Shown here: positions 9,675-17,728 of the stretch, piece by piece | Layout of the letters: every line of letters starts with the position of its first letter | Position numbering within the stretch: position 1 is the stretch's first letter | NCBI GenBank assembly: GCA_029858305.1 | Contig: JAOUFI010000042.1 | Coordinates: forward strand, 1 to 18,623 | DNA from: Candidatus Thorarchaeota archaeon | GTDB taxonomy: Archaea > Asgardarchaeota > Thorarchaeia > Thorarchaeales > Thorarchaeaceae | Direction of reading: 5' to 3' | Length of the DNA: 18,623 bases | Notes under the pieces: generated by a model | What the model saw: the letters and a program-made list of their open reading frames with translations, nothing else | Told to the model about the DNA's origin: nothing | Database searches by the model: none | Program-made: the position numbers and the translations under genes

Positions 9675-10193
9675 TTACTTTCCAGACAATTGCACTGTGT
9701 ACAGAGCGTTAGCCGGATCTCTCATCATATCTGCAAGTTTGATACCGAGGCCATAACAAACAATTCTCTTGATAGGTGTCAATCGTAAGAAGACCGCGGT
9801 CGCCTTGTAATCTGAGTTAGCTGTAAAGCGAATCATCCTCTTCTGTGAACGAGAGCAATAAGCTTCTCGCGCACTCGAATCGTCAAATGGGAGAATCTCA
9901 ACAGTTCCCTTGAATGAAACGGTTGGTGCAGGAATGAATCTCAAAAAATGGTGTGGAAAGGGAATGACGAACGAAACCCGATGATTTTGCTCAATATTTC
10001 TTACTTTCACATACCTGCGATCAGATAGAACATATAATGCAAAATCAGCGCCCCTCGATGAAACGCCATATTGTACTCCAGAAGATTGAACCCATCCGGA
10101 TGGGTCGATTGTACTCAAGATACCGAAACTCTTCTTTTTGACTTGCTTGATGACTCCTTCTAACGTTTTTTTCATCGTGACAAACCCTCTCAA
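9675..10193 (-). CDS. Pyridoxamine 5'-phosphate oxidase-like (FMN/F420 split-barrel) protein
   Basis: GILSTIDPSG...KVRNIEQNHRVSF...VSFKGTVEI. Confidence 0.8.
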   Translation of the reverse strand: MRGFVTMKKTLEGVIKQVKKKSFGILSTIDPSGWVQSSGVQYGVSSRGADFALYVLSDRRYVKVRNIEQNHRVSFVIPFPHHFLRFIPAPTVSFKGTVEILPFDDSSAREAYCSRSQKRMIRFTANSDYKATAVFLRLTPIKRIVCYGLGIKLADMMRDPANALYTVQLSGK

Positions 10194-10395
10194 AATATAA
10201 CAAGTACTATCATCTCGAGTACTATATCATTTCTCCTCGTAGCAATTTTAATCAGCGATATTGAGAGTGATGTCATATTCTATCTTATTATTTGGATTGC
10301 CTCCTGCATTAATAATGAGAATCAAGAAAAGCACACAGGCGCGGATTCATCACTTCCAGCGCTTTGGAATGTGTGTAAACAACCTTAACAATATA

Positions 10396-11820
10396 TCACT
10401 GAGGTCCGATGAGATCTAAATATGAAAGCGCTTTATCACGGATTTGCTCCAGCTGAGAGCAAGTGATAGTAGGAGAGCCATCTTTTACATGGTAATAGCT
10501 CAATGTAATTGTTAGCACATCACTGACTCCGACAGCCCCCATAATGACTGGTACTTTTGTACCTCCAGAAGGAGCAAAATACATTGTTTTAAGAGTCAGT
10601 TGTCCATAATTCTTCGGAAACTCTAGCCTGCCAAGATTTGTGTTTATCACTTTTGGAAGCTGATCCAAGAATTTTGTTCCGAGATCGATTGCCACGTTAT
10701 TCTTGTCATTTGCAAAGGAATTGAGCTTTTTATAGCGGATTGATTCCTTTGGCACGTTCTTCGCTAAAAGTGCAAAGCTCACCAATACATCTACTAGTGT
10801 TGGATCTAGTGATTCTAGATCCATCGCGCTTGCGAACATGTCTCCTTTTTCAATCCTTGATTGGATTGACTTATGCAGATTGCCTACATTTTCCCAGAAT
10901 GATTTACTTTTATTATATTTAAAAGAAAAGTCGATACTCCCCACAAGTAGACAAAAAACATCTCCTAATGGTGGATTGATTCGATTCCTCAGGTCGTAGG
11001 GAAGAACAACTCTTCTTGGTTTATTGACTCCCTTTTCTATGATGTCATTAAATGCTGCATTGAAAGCGGTTGTAAGAGCTGAATTGACTGTGACTCCATT
11101 GGATCTACAGGTTTCAGTGAGTATACTTGTCTTTTCCTTATCAAGTTCTAATAGGACTGCATCATATTGATATTCTTGATTAAAGGCATCATGAATTGCT
11201 AGGAAGTCCTTGTCATCAAAGTAGAAAGGATTTCTTTTCCATTTATCATCTATTCTCCGAATAAAGAATGATTTTGCCCTTTGTCCCAACCTGATTGCGT
11301 CTTGCCCTTTTGATAACAATTCTGGCAGGAGTATGTTTGGCTCGATTGTAGTGAGTGGAGACTGAGGAGTCACAGTAAGAAGCAGGATATCGCGAATTAG
11401 GAAAGCTAAAGCCGTACCATCACAGATTGCATGTTGCGCAATAACCACAAGGTCTGAAACAGATTCCGAGTGAATTAGGACAAACCTGATCAATGGTCCT
11501 TCGAACTGCTTGAACGCGACGGTGAATTCACTCCTAATTACATCGATCCATTGCGTTTCGGATTCTCGTTTTATAACGACCAATGGAATTTCTATCTCCG
11601 GGTCATGAATGAAATACAGAACTCGATTTTTCTCCATGCCGACTTTACTTGATACTAGAGGGTGCTTTTGTGAAATCTCTTTTATCGCAGACCTCAGAGA
11701 ATCAATAGGCACGTTCCCTTCTATTCTTGCTACCACTGAAACATTAGCGCCAGGACTCCACAAGAATTTACGCTCATTGTTAATCAGTTTTCGAATTGCT
11801 CTGTCAGGCATTCCAGTCAC
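10396..11820 (-). CDS. Standalone condensation-domain / PapA5-like CoA-dependent acyltransferase
   Basis: HPLVSSK, GPLIRFVLI, QHAICDG (HHxxxDG variant), CRSNGVTVNSAL, DLRNRI, TNLG. Confidence 0.85.
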   Translation of the reverse strand: MTGMPDRAIRKLINNERKFLWSPGANVSVVARIEGNVPIDSLRSAIKEISQKHPLVSSKVGMEKNRVLYFIHDPEIEIPLVVIKRESETQWIDVIRSEFTVAFKQFEGPLIRFVLIHSESVSDLVVIAQHAICDGTALAFLIRDILLLTVTPQSPLTTIEPNILLPELLSKGQDAIRLGQRAKSFFIRRIDDKWKRNPFYFDDKDFLAIHDAFNQEYQYDAVLLELDKEKTSILTETCRSNGVTVNSALTTAFNAAFNDIIEKGVNKPRRVVLPYDLRNRINPPLGDVFCLLVGSIDFSFKYNKSKSFWENVGNLHKSIQSRIEKGDMFASAMDLESLDPTLVDVLVSFALLAKNVPKESIRYKKLNSFANDKNNVAIDLGTKFLDQLPKVINTNLGRLEFPKNYGQLTLKTMYFAPSGGTKVPVIMGAVGVSDVLTITLSYYHVKDGSPTITCSQLEQIRDKALSYLDLIGPQ

Positions 11821-11831
11821 GCCAAAATTGC

Positions 11832-11875
11832 AAGTAAGTCTTACTTATATATTTGGTTAAGTAAGCAATACTTAT
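11832..11875. promoter_or_regulatory. Two TetR-type operator boxes flanking a TATA-like tract
   Basis: AAGTAAG-T-CTTACTT (perfect palindrome, 11832-11846) and AAGTAAGCAATACTT (11859-11873), 27 bp apart. Confidence 0.65.
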
Positions 11876-11897
11876 CTTCTTAGTTAAAATACCAAAA

Positions 11898-12539
11898 TTG
11901 GAACTTGTATTTAGTCAAGAAAGAGGTCTTTTGATGAACTCACAATCAAGAAAGCGAAGAACAAAGAAAGAGAACATGGATATAATCAAACGAGTCGCGT
12001 TCCAGCTATTGAAGGAAAAGGGGTATGTAAATCTTTCAATAAATGATATCGCCGATATGTCAAGCATAAATATCAGTCAGGTTTATCGATATTTTCCAAA
12101 TGGAAAACCGGATATCTTCCTATCTCTTGGTGTTGATTTTTTTGAAACAAGCGCGCCAAAGCTCGAATCTATTGACTTGAATCGACCGAGAGAGTTCTTG
12201 TACTCCCTTGTCATGTCTCTTATTAATACTCATCGAGCCAATAGGCTTATTCTTCAGGTCTTGAAAATAGTCTTTCTATCATACCCGGAATTGCTTAAGG
12301 GAGACAAGGATCTATTCCGTCTGAGTTTATCTGAATTCAAGTATTTTGATACGCTAGTTGAGCAGCTTGGAGTGGTCGAACCTCAAAAACGAGTGGCAAC
12401 AACTCAATTCGTCTTCCATCTTGTTGATTCAATGATTCATAGGCATATATTGGAGACTGATGTGGCTGAAACTGATGAGGTTCTTGCTCATCTACTCTCA
12501 AATATTGTAGTAAAGCATATCGATTCAATAGCAAAGTAA
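11898..12539 (+). CDS. TetR/AcrR family transcriptional regulator
   Basis: IIKRVAFQLLKEKGYVNLSINDIADMSSINISQVYRYFPNGKPDI. Confidence 0.9.
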   Translation: MELVFSQERGLLMNSQSRKRRTKKENMDIIKRVAFQLLKEKGYVNLSINDIADMSSINISQVYRYFPNGKPDIFLSLGVDFFETSAPKLESIDLNRPREFLYSLVMSLINTHRANRLILQVLKIVFLSYPELLKGDKDLFRLSLSEFKYFDTLVEQLGVVEPQKRVATTQFVFHLVDSMIHRHILETDVAETDEVLAHLLSNIVVKHIDSIAK

Positions 12540-12736
12540 TATTGATGAACAGAATTGATTGCTTGTGATTTTCGACCTTGATTCAAAATCAAGATCGTAC
12601 CTAGTTACTAAAACCTGACATGCCTGCTTGCTTTTTCGAAACTCGAAGAAGTCTTCAAAAAGAAAGAAAATAAATTTTTTATTTTGATCTTAAGTGTAAG
12701 TTCAGGATGGGTTGTCTCTCTTCTTCTAAAATGTGA

Positions 12737-12805
12737 TTACTTCATGGTCTTGACCCATTCAAAGACAGGTTGACAGAGCTCTTTCATCTGCTCTTTCTCG
12801 GGAGT
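12737..12805 (-). repeat. Gene 3'-end scar copy D: TPEKEQMKELCQPVFEWVKTMK*
   Basis: Manual translation; intact frame, TAA stop. Confidence 0.9.
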
Positions 12806-12921
12806 CTTTGAAGTATCTGTGGACAATTATCTTACAATGATACCTGATTCAGCTTGATTTACTCTCGTACACTGTCGCTCAAATCACGAAAGCTCTCACC
12901 ATATACTATTTCTCAAGGCAT

Positions 12922-13560
12922 CTATCTCTTGACGCCATCCCACCACTCCTTTGGTTTCTCCAATTCCTCCCAACCTCCAAGAAGAGGAGGAGCTGGAATG
13001 AATTTCAACATCAGTAATCCTGTCAGGAGAAGAACGGGTATTGGTAGTGAGAACATTACTGCAAGACTCGGTGTCCCAAAGGCTAACGGAATTATAGCAA
13101 GACCAATTAAAGTGAGTTGGAATTCGCTTATTATGCCAACAATGATAACTCGATTTTTTGTTGTCATATGATAGTAATATTTGAAGAGTTGATAGATAAA
13201 GACGAATTTCATGAACAGGAAAAGAAAAGCTATGAGAAGAAACTCAGGACCAAACATGAAGATGTTAGGGGTGGAATCTGAGATCTGCCATGACATGGCA
13301 AAGATTGTGACGGACGGGTAGAAGCCAGTTCTGGGGTAGATATTCAGCGATGCGGGGCTCAGAATAGCAATCAATAGTAGTATAAAAACGATATTTGTAA
13401 TATTCATTCTCATGTTCTTTAAATCAACAGCTTTGAAGGACCTACTGCGCCTATTCATTATGATGAGAAGAGTTCCGATGATAATAAAAACAACGAAGGT
13501 CTCTGTGATGATGGAAATTATGTTGTAATATCCCACAGGTGTTGCATCTGTAATTTGCAT
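12922..13560 (-). CDS. Multi-pass membrane hypothetical protein
   Basis: 212 aa, about 5 hydrophobic segments, LPIPVLLLTGLLMLK-type C-terminus. Confidence 0.75.
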   Translation of the reverse strand: MQITDATPVGYYNIISIITETFVVFIIIGTLLIIMNRRSRSFKAVDLKNMRMNITNIVFILLLIAILSPASLNIYPRTGFYPSVTIFAMSWQISDSTPNIFMFGPEFLLIAFLFLFMKFVFIYQLFKYYYHMTTKNRVIIVGIISEFQLTLIGLAIIPLAFGTPSLAVMFSLPIPVLLLTGLLMLKFIPAPPLLGGWEELEKPKEWWDGVKR

Positions 13561-13601
13561 GATTTAGATCCTTCTTTGTTCATTAGCTTCCCAGTAATCT
13601 A

Positions 13602-13925
13602 TTGTCTTTGAATACATACTTCTCACTCTCAGCAACAATGACTCGAAAAGCAATTTCTCAGATTAAAATGAAATCACTTCTACCACGCACGCATCCCTGG
13701 AGCGTAATGTCTGATAAATATATCCCATTTTCTTGGATCTTCGAAGATGACAGAGAGATTGTCATTTGTTACAGCTTGAACCCTCTCATGACGGAGTGTG
13801 CTACAATGTTATTCCGAATGGCGTGTGATATTGTGATGAGAACATATCATTTCACATCATGTCAGGAATTACATGAATTCCTGTGGCATGGAAAAGATAC
13901 CGAATGGAAATTCACAAAAAAGTAA
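13602..13925 (+). pseudogene. Probable 3' fragment of an unknown gene ending LHEFLWHGKDTEWKFTKK*
   Basis: C-terminus is homologous to 17678-17728; N-terminus (TTG start) is unconvincing. Confidence 0.5.
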
Positions 13926-13929
13926 GATA

Positions 13930-13957
13930 GAGCTGGAAACCAACAAATATCCAGCTC
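13930..13957 (-). terminator. Hairpin downstream of scar copy E
   Basis: GAGCTGGA-N12-TCCAGCTC, lying between two convergent stop codons. Confidence 0.6.
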
Positions 13958-13971
13958 ATTTTCATTAAAGA

Positions 13972-14007
13972 CTATTTCATCGTCTTGACCCATTCGATAA
14001 CTGGTTG
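13972..14007 (-). repeat. Gene 3'-end scar copy E: QPVIEWVKTMK*
   Basis: Manual translation; TAG stop. Confidence 0.85.
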
Positions 14008-14082
14008 GAGATTATGCAAAAAAGAACGGAGTAAAGCCAGTATTCAGGTTTCATTTCAGCGCTCGATTAATTTAGCAAAATG

Positions 14083-14622
14083 CTAAGATTCAACCAGAAA
14101 TTCAAAACCAGGCGCCTTTCTCAAAGAATCCAAGTCTGAATCCTCACGAGCCAACTTTCTCAAAGATTCGTCATTCTCAAGAGCGGTCTTGAGGAGATTC
14201 AGAGCCTCGTCAATCCGCCCCATTAACGCATTGTAACGGGCGAGATTGTAGTACGCCAAGTAGAGTTCTTTCTCGTTGCTCTCAACTCTCAATGCATTCT
14301 CAGTTGCGTCAATCGCATCATCATAATCTCCGAGGGCTCTTTGGGCATGTCCAAGGTTTAACCAAGGCCAAAACTCATTTGGGTCAAGATTAGTCGCAGT
14401 CGAGAACGCTTCAGCGGCATATTCATAATCCTGTTTCCGCATCCGAATGTGGCCTAGTTCTAACCATAGTTGCCAAGAGTCCTCATAATCCTCAAGCGAA
14501 ACTATGACTAACTCTTCTGCATCTGTGATAAGATCGTTTTCTCTTAGGTACTTTACTCGATTCACAATTTTCTCAATTTCGCTCAATATGCCACCAGCAT
14601 CTATTAGTCTTTTAAGAGTCAA
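14083..14622 (-). CDS. Tetratricopeptide repeat protein
   Basis: WLELGHI...AAEAFSTATNLDP, WLNLGHAQRALGDYDDA, YYNLARYNALMGRIDEAL...AREDSDLDSLR. Confidence 0.88.
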   Translation of the reverse strand: MTLKRLIDAGGILSEIEKIVNRVKYLRENDLITDAEELVIVSLEDYEDSWQLWLELGHIRMRKQDYEYAAEAFSTATNLDPNEFWPWLNLGHAQRALGDYDDAIDATENALRVESNEKELYLAYYNLARYNALMGRIDEALNLLKTALENDESLRKLAREDSDLDSLRKAPGFEFLVES

Positions 14623-14804
14623 AATTAAGATACAATTACTTGCTTTTACAACATGCGGTGGGTGCTTTTAATAAAACAAATATCTCTAATCTTGGTTCAG
14701 CATCATTTCTTGATGACCAAGGCATTGACTTACCACAATTATACTTGAATTCAAGGCGCAGATATTTTAATTGATTCATCACTATCTTGCTAAGAAAGTG
14801 AAAA

Positions 14805-14827
14805 GAGAGTTGGTGGGTCCAACTCTC
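14805..14827 (-). terminator. Hairpin downstream of scar copy F
   Basis: GAGAGTTGG-tgggt-CCAACTCTC followed by TTTT on the minus strand. Confidence 0.65.
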
Positions 14828-14836
14828 AGGTTCATC

Positions 14837-14935
14837 CTATTTCATTGTCTTGACCCATTCAAAGACAGGTTTGCAAAGTTCCTTCATGCGTTCTTTTTCG
14901 GGAGTCATGCCAACGCTTGGTTTCCAGCCATCTGC
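14837..14935 (-). repeat. Gene 3'-end scar copy F: ADGWKPSVGMTPEKERMKELCKPVFEWVKTMK*
   Basis: Manual translation; intact frame, cut off upstream by an in-frame TAA at 14936-14938. Confidence 0.9.
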
Positions 14936-15133
14936 TTACTTATGGTTTGAGGATAGCTGAGAGAAAGAGAATTCTTGGATAAATAGAATCTGTGTAATAG
15001 TATATGCATATTTTGTTTTAGTGCCCTCCAAGATAGCATATATTCTCTGTATTCAAGATTACGCTTTTTGTTATACCTGGCTGGATTTGGTTGTTTCTAC
15101 TGTAATTCAGTAATCTTGAATTATGGATTGTTC

Positions 15134-15541
15134 CTAGATTGACGCTTCACACTTTTCGCAAGTCCGTCTACTAGCATCATTGCGGTGGCCACAGTGTGGA
15201 CAGACAACCAAAATGATTTTTTCTCTAACAATTGTTTCCTTGGGTAGGTCTTGGCTTTGCGTCGGGAGCAGAGAAATCGGAGGCCTGAATCCCTCTTCAG
15301 GACTGAAGATAAGGATGCCATTTCTTATCACCTGAGCCTTCTGAGTGAAGACAGTCCAACCAGTGATCTTGATAGCATACTGCGAATTCTGACCATCTTC
15401 AATCGCTTGGAAGCTGTGAGCCCTACCAAAGCTGTTAATCATAGTTTGACCATCATAAGTGATACGATACCTCCCTGATAAATGAGAGTAGTGAACAACA
15501 ATCTTGTGTGTCCCACTGTAGCAGCTTGCAATGATGGTCAT
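15134..15541 (-). CDS. Hypothetical protein with a C-terminal zinc ribbon
   Basis: Beta-rich N-terminal domain, Pro-rich linker, VVCPHCGHRNDASRRTCEKCEASI. Confidence 0.8.
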   Translation of the reverse strand: MTIIASCYSGTHKIVVHYSHLSGRYRITYDGQTMINSFGRAHSFQAIEDGQNSQYAIKITGWTVFTQKAQVIRNGILIFSPEEGFRPPISLLPTQSQDLPKETIVREKIILVVCPHCGHRNDASRRTCEKCEASI

Positions 15542-15792
15542 TTTTCAATCCTACCTATCCTCAACTATCGATTTATCCCCTTTAATCTTCTGTGGCGGAA
15601 TTTACTATAGTCAAAGTCCAGATATTACTCATTCAATGTCACCAAGATTCTTCTTTCCTACGGTTCAGAAATAGCTAGATACTACACAGATATCTGAAGA
15701 GATGCAAGCTCAAACCAAGATGGCGACAGACTTACTCTGTTTGTATAAGAGATATCATTTTCTATGCAGAAAGCGATATGGAAAACGGAATT

Positions 15793-15969
15793 TGGTTTCC
15801 AGACTACTTTCACCGGCATGCCAAACTCGGCATCCCATGGGTCCAGACCTCGTAATTCATTTGCAATGGCAGTCTTACAGCCGTCAACAATGACGTACGC
15901 AAGAACAAATGGTAAGCGCTTCAGACTGCTTTTTCCCGACCACCCAGCGATCGTGAAGACATGGATTCT
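15793..15969 (-). pseudogene. Internal fragment of a DUF35 (Zn-ribbon/OB-fold, ChsH2-C-like) gene
   Basis: RIHVFTIAGWSGKSSLKRLPFVLAYVIVDGCKTAIANELRGLDPWDAEFGMPVKVVWKP. The FTI / PFVLAYV / GMPVKVVW pattern is typical of the DUF35 OB-fold. No start codon; in-frame stop upstream at 15982-15984. Confidence 0.8.
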
Positions 15970-15988
15970 ATGATGCTTTAGTTAAAGA

Positions 15989-17530
15989 TTGCTATCTGAA
16001 ATCATTATATGGTCTATAACGATAAACAGACTCATGCCTACACGGAAGGAAAAAATCCTCGAATCAATCAAGAGGGCAACTGAAATTAAAGGCATAAGGA
16101 ACAATGACGAATTACACAAATTTCTATCATCACAGGATAAAACGAATGTCAACATACTGAGACTGTATTTGGAAAATGAATTCATCGATAATTTAACACT
16201 TGACTCTTTGACTGAGTTTCCGAAACTTCAAACCCTCAGAATAGTAGGAGGTAGATACGAAAATATTGAATTAAAAGTATGCAACGAAATGAAATCATTA
16301 AGTAGTTTTATCATTGTCGACAATACAAAGATAAAAGAGATTGACATCCGACCACTATTAGATAATCCACGCGTAAAGAATATCGAGCTATCAGTATTAA
16401 AACAACTCAGAAATATACTAATGGATAACATACATAGGAATGAATCACTACAAACACTCATCCTACTCAATGATAGGGAATATGAGAATGAGTTTTGTCC
16501 AGACTTGTCACTCATTAGCAAATGTAAGAGTCTACAGAAACTTGTCATCACTACAAATGAGAAACAAATCGACCTATCAATGCTTATTGACCTTAGAAAT
16601 CTTGTTCGTCTAACAATTATTCATCATGTAGAAACTCGTTGGTTGGCACCATTAGATGATCACCCTTTACTATATGATTTACCAGTCATTGATGGTACTC
16701 CGTTATTGGGAATGTCAAAACTGATAGAATTCAACTATCAGATCAGAGGAATATATTCTCATGTTCGAAATCTAGCTGGAAGAATCAAGCTTCCTGTAAT
16801 TGTATCTTCTGAAATTGGCGATGAGTGGTATCGTATGCAGAAATATCCTTGTTATATTCCACCAACTATTGTGTATGCCAATATAGATGAATCAGACTGG
16901 ACGGAAGTATATCGAAAATTACAAAGATATGCATCATTATTCTCGCCTACTTACTGGTCGAGTTTCAATAAGTACCTCTTGAAAATGTTCAATGTGGATG
17001 GAAACGTGGAAGGTATTGATATAGCAAAGTGTGTTCTTCCATCAGACCTGTTTCGTCTAGTTAAACCCGATAAGAGTAAATCCTCTAATGCAAAGTCAAT
17101 AAAAGCTGGAATCAATGAACACATCCATGAGATGATAGAAGAGTATCTTAATAGCGGGAATAGCACGGCAGGATTTGATATCGATTTTATTAGGACTAAC
17201 AATACCAGGTTCATATCACTCGTGCCTAAAATAGAAGAGATGCGAGATGAAGAGGTAAAAAGACTAACATTCTATGAACTATCACCGGATGATCATGAAT
17301 ACGAAGAATGGTTGGAAAATCCGAGATATTATGTGCACAGCCTTAGGGACACAGTCTATGGTAAGCAAGTTGTAAAGGATATCTACTCAGATTCAAAAGG
17401 TAACATTATTCCTAGATACGTAATGTCATTGAGTGAAATACTTGAAATTGAAGAGCATTTCAATGCATCGGGTATTATAACAGACTGGGAATTCATCGGA
17501 CACCCATTATGGACTACCCTGATGTACTAA
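15989..17530 (+). CDS. Leucine-rich-repeat-like protein (likely start ATG at 16034)
   Basis: Repeated units LDSLTEFPKLQTLRI, IDIRPLLDNPRVKNIEL, DLSLISKCKSLQKLVI, IDLSMLIDLRNLVRLTI. Confidence 0.75.
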   Translation: MLSEIIIWSITINRLMPTRKEKILESIKRATEIKGIRNNDELHKFLSSQDKTNVNILRLYLENEFIDNLTLDSLTEFPKLQTLRIVGGRYENIELKVCNEMKSLSSFIIVDNTKIKEIDIRPLLDNPRVKNIELSVLKQLRNILMDNIHRNESLQTLILLNDREYENEFCPDLSLISKCKSLQKLVITTNEKQIDLSMLIDLRNLVRLTIIHHVETRWLAPLDDHPLLYDLPVIDGTPLLGMSKLIEFNYQIRGIYSHVRNLAGRIKLPVIVSSEIGDEWYRMQKYPCYIPPTIVYANIDESDWTEVYRKLQRYASLFSPTYWSSFNKYLLKMFNVDGNVEGIDIAKCVLPSDLFRLVKPDKSKSSNAKSIKAGINEHIHEMIEEYLNSGNSTAGFDIDFIRTNNTRFISLVPKIEEMRDEEVKRLTFYELSPDDHEYEEWLENPRYYVHSLRDTVYGKQVVKDIYSDSKGNIIPRYVMSLSEILEIEEHFNASGIITDWEFIGHPLWTTLMY

Positions 17531-17535
17531 TAGAA

Positions 17536-17562
17536 TACTCCACCATAAATGATAGTGGAGTA
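17536..17562 (+). terminator. Hairpin after the LRR gene
   Basis: TACTCCAC-N11-GTGGAGTA, 5 nt after the stop. Confidence 0.5.
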
Positions 17563-17677
17563 CTCAATATTCAAGTCATGGCTGCAATAACTGGTACAAG
17601 TATTACCCACTGACGAGCAGTTGTTATGTGACCGAACCATCTACCATATCTTGTTGTCAAGTGAGAACTGAGTTCAG

Positions 17678-17728
17678 CTTCATGAGTTTCTCTGGTATGG
17701 AAAAGATACGAATTGGAAATTTGACTAG
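17678..17728 (+). repeat. Second 3' fragment of the HEFLW gene: LHEFLWYGKDTNWKFD*
   Basis: Homologous to 13869-13925; followed by an A-tract and a GCGGAG/CTCCGC hairpin (17743-17763). Confidence 0.75.

Noticed and set aside
12573-12597. Hairpin CTTGATT-caa-AATCAAG after tetR, and CTTGGT..ACCAAG at about 14691-14721
   Set aside because: Isolated short stems in AT-rich DNA, unrelated to the conserved scar hairpin; at most ordinary terminators.
3551-14935. CRISPR array or ncRNA interpretation of the GTCTTGACCCATTC repeat
   Set aside because: Spacing is 0.8-4.8 kb and irregular, and the variation is codon-structured, indicating a protein-coding origin.
2996-15541. Classical integron with attC sites
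   Set aside because: No intI gene and no convincing RYYYAAC...GTTRRRY sites seen; modules are multi-gene, of mixed orientation and carry their own regulators.
15625-15643. TTACTCATTCAATGTCACC as a further scar copy
   Set aside because: Match to the core is too weak (DIE*V versus VIEWV) to distinguish from chance.
15702-15973. Two short plus-strand ORFs (63 and 69 aa)
   Set aside because: Antisense to the DUF35 fragment, which is the recognisable frame.
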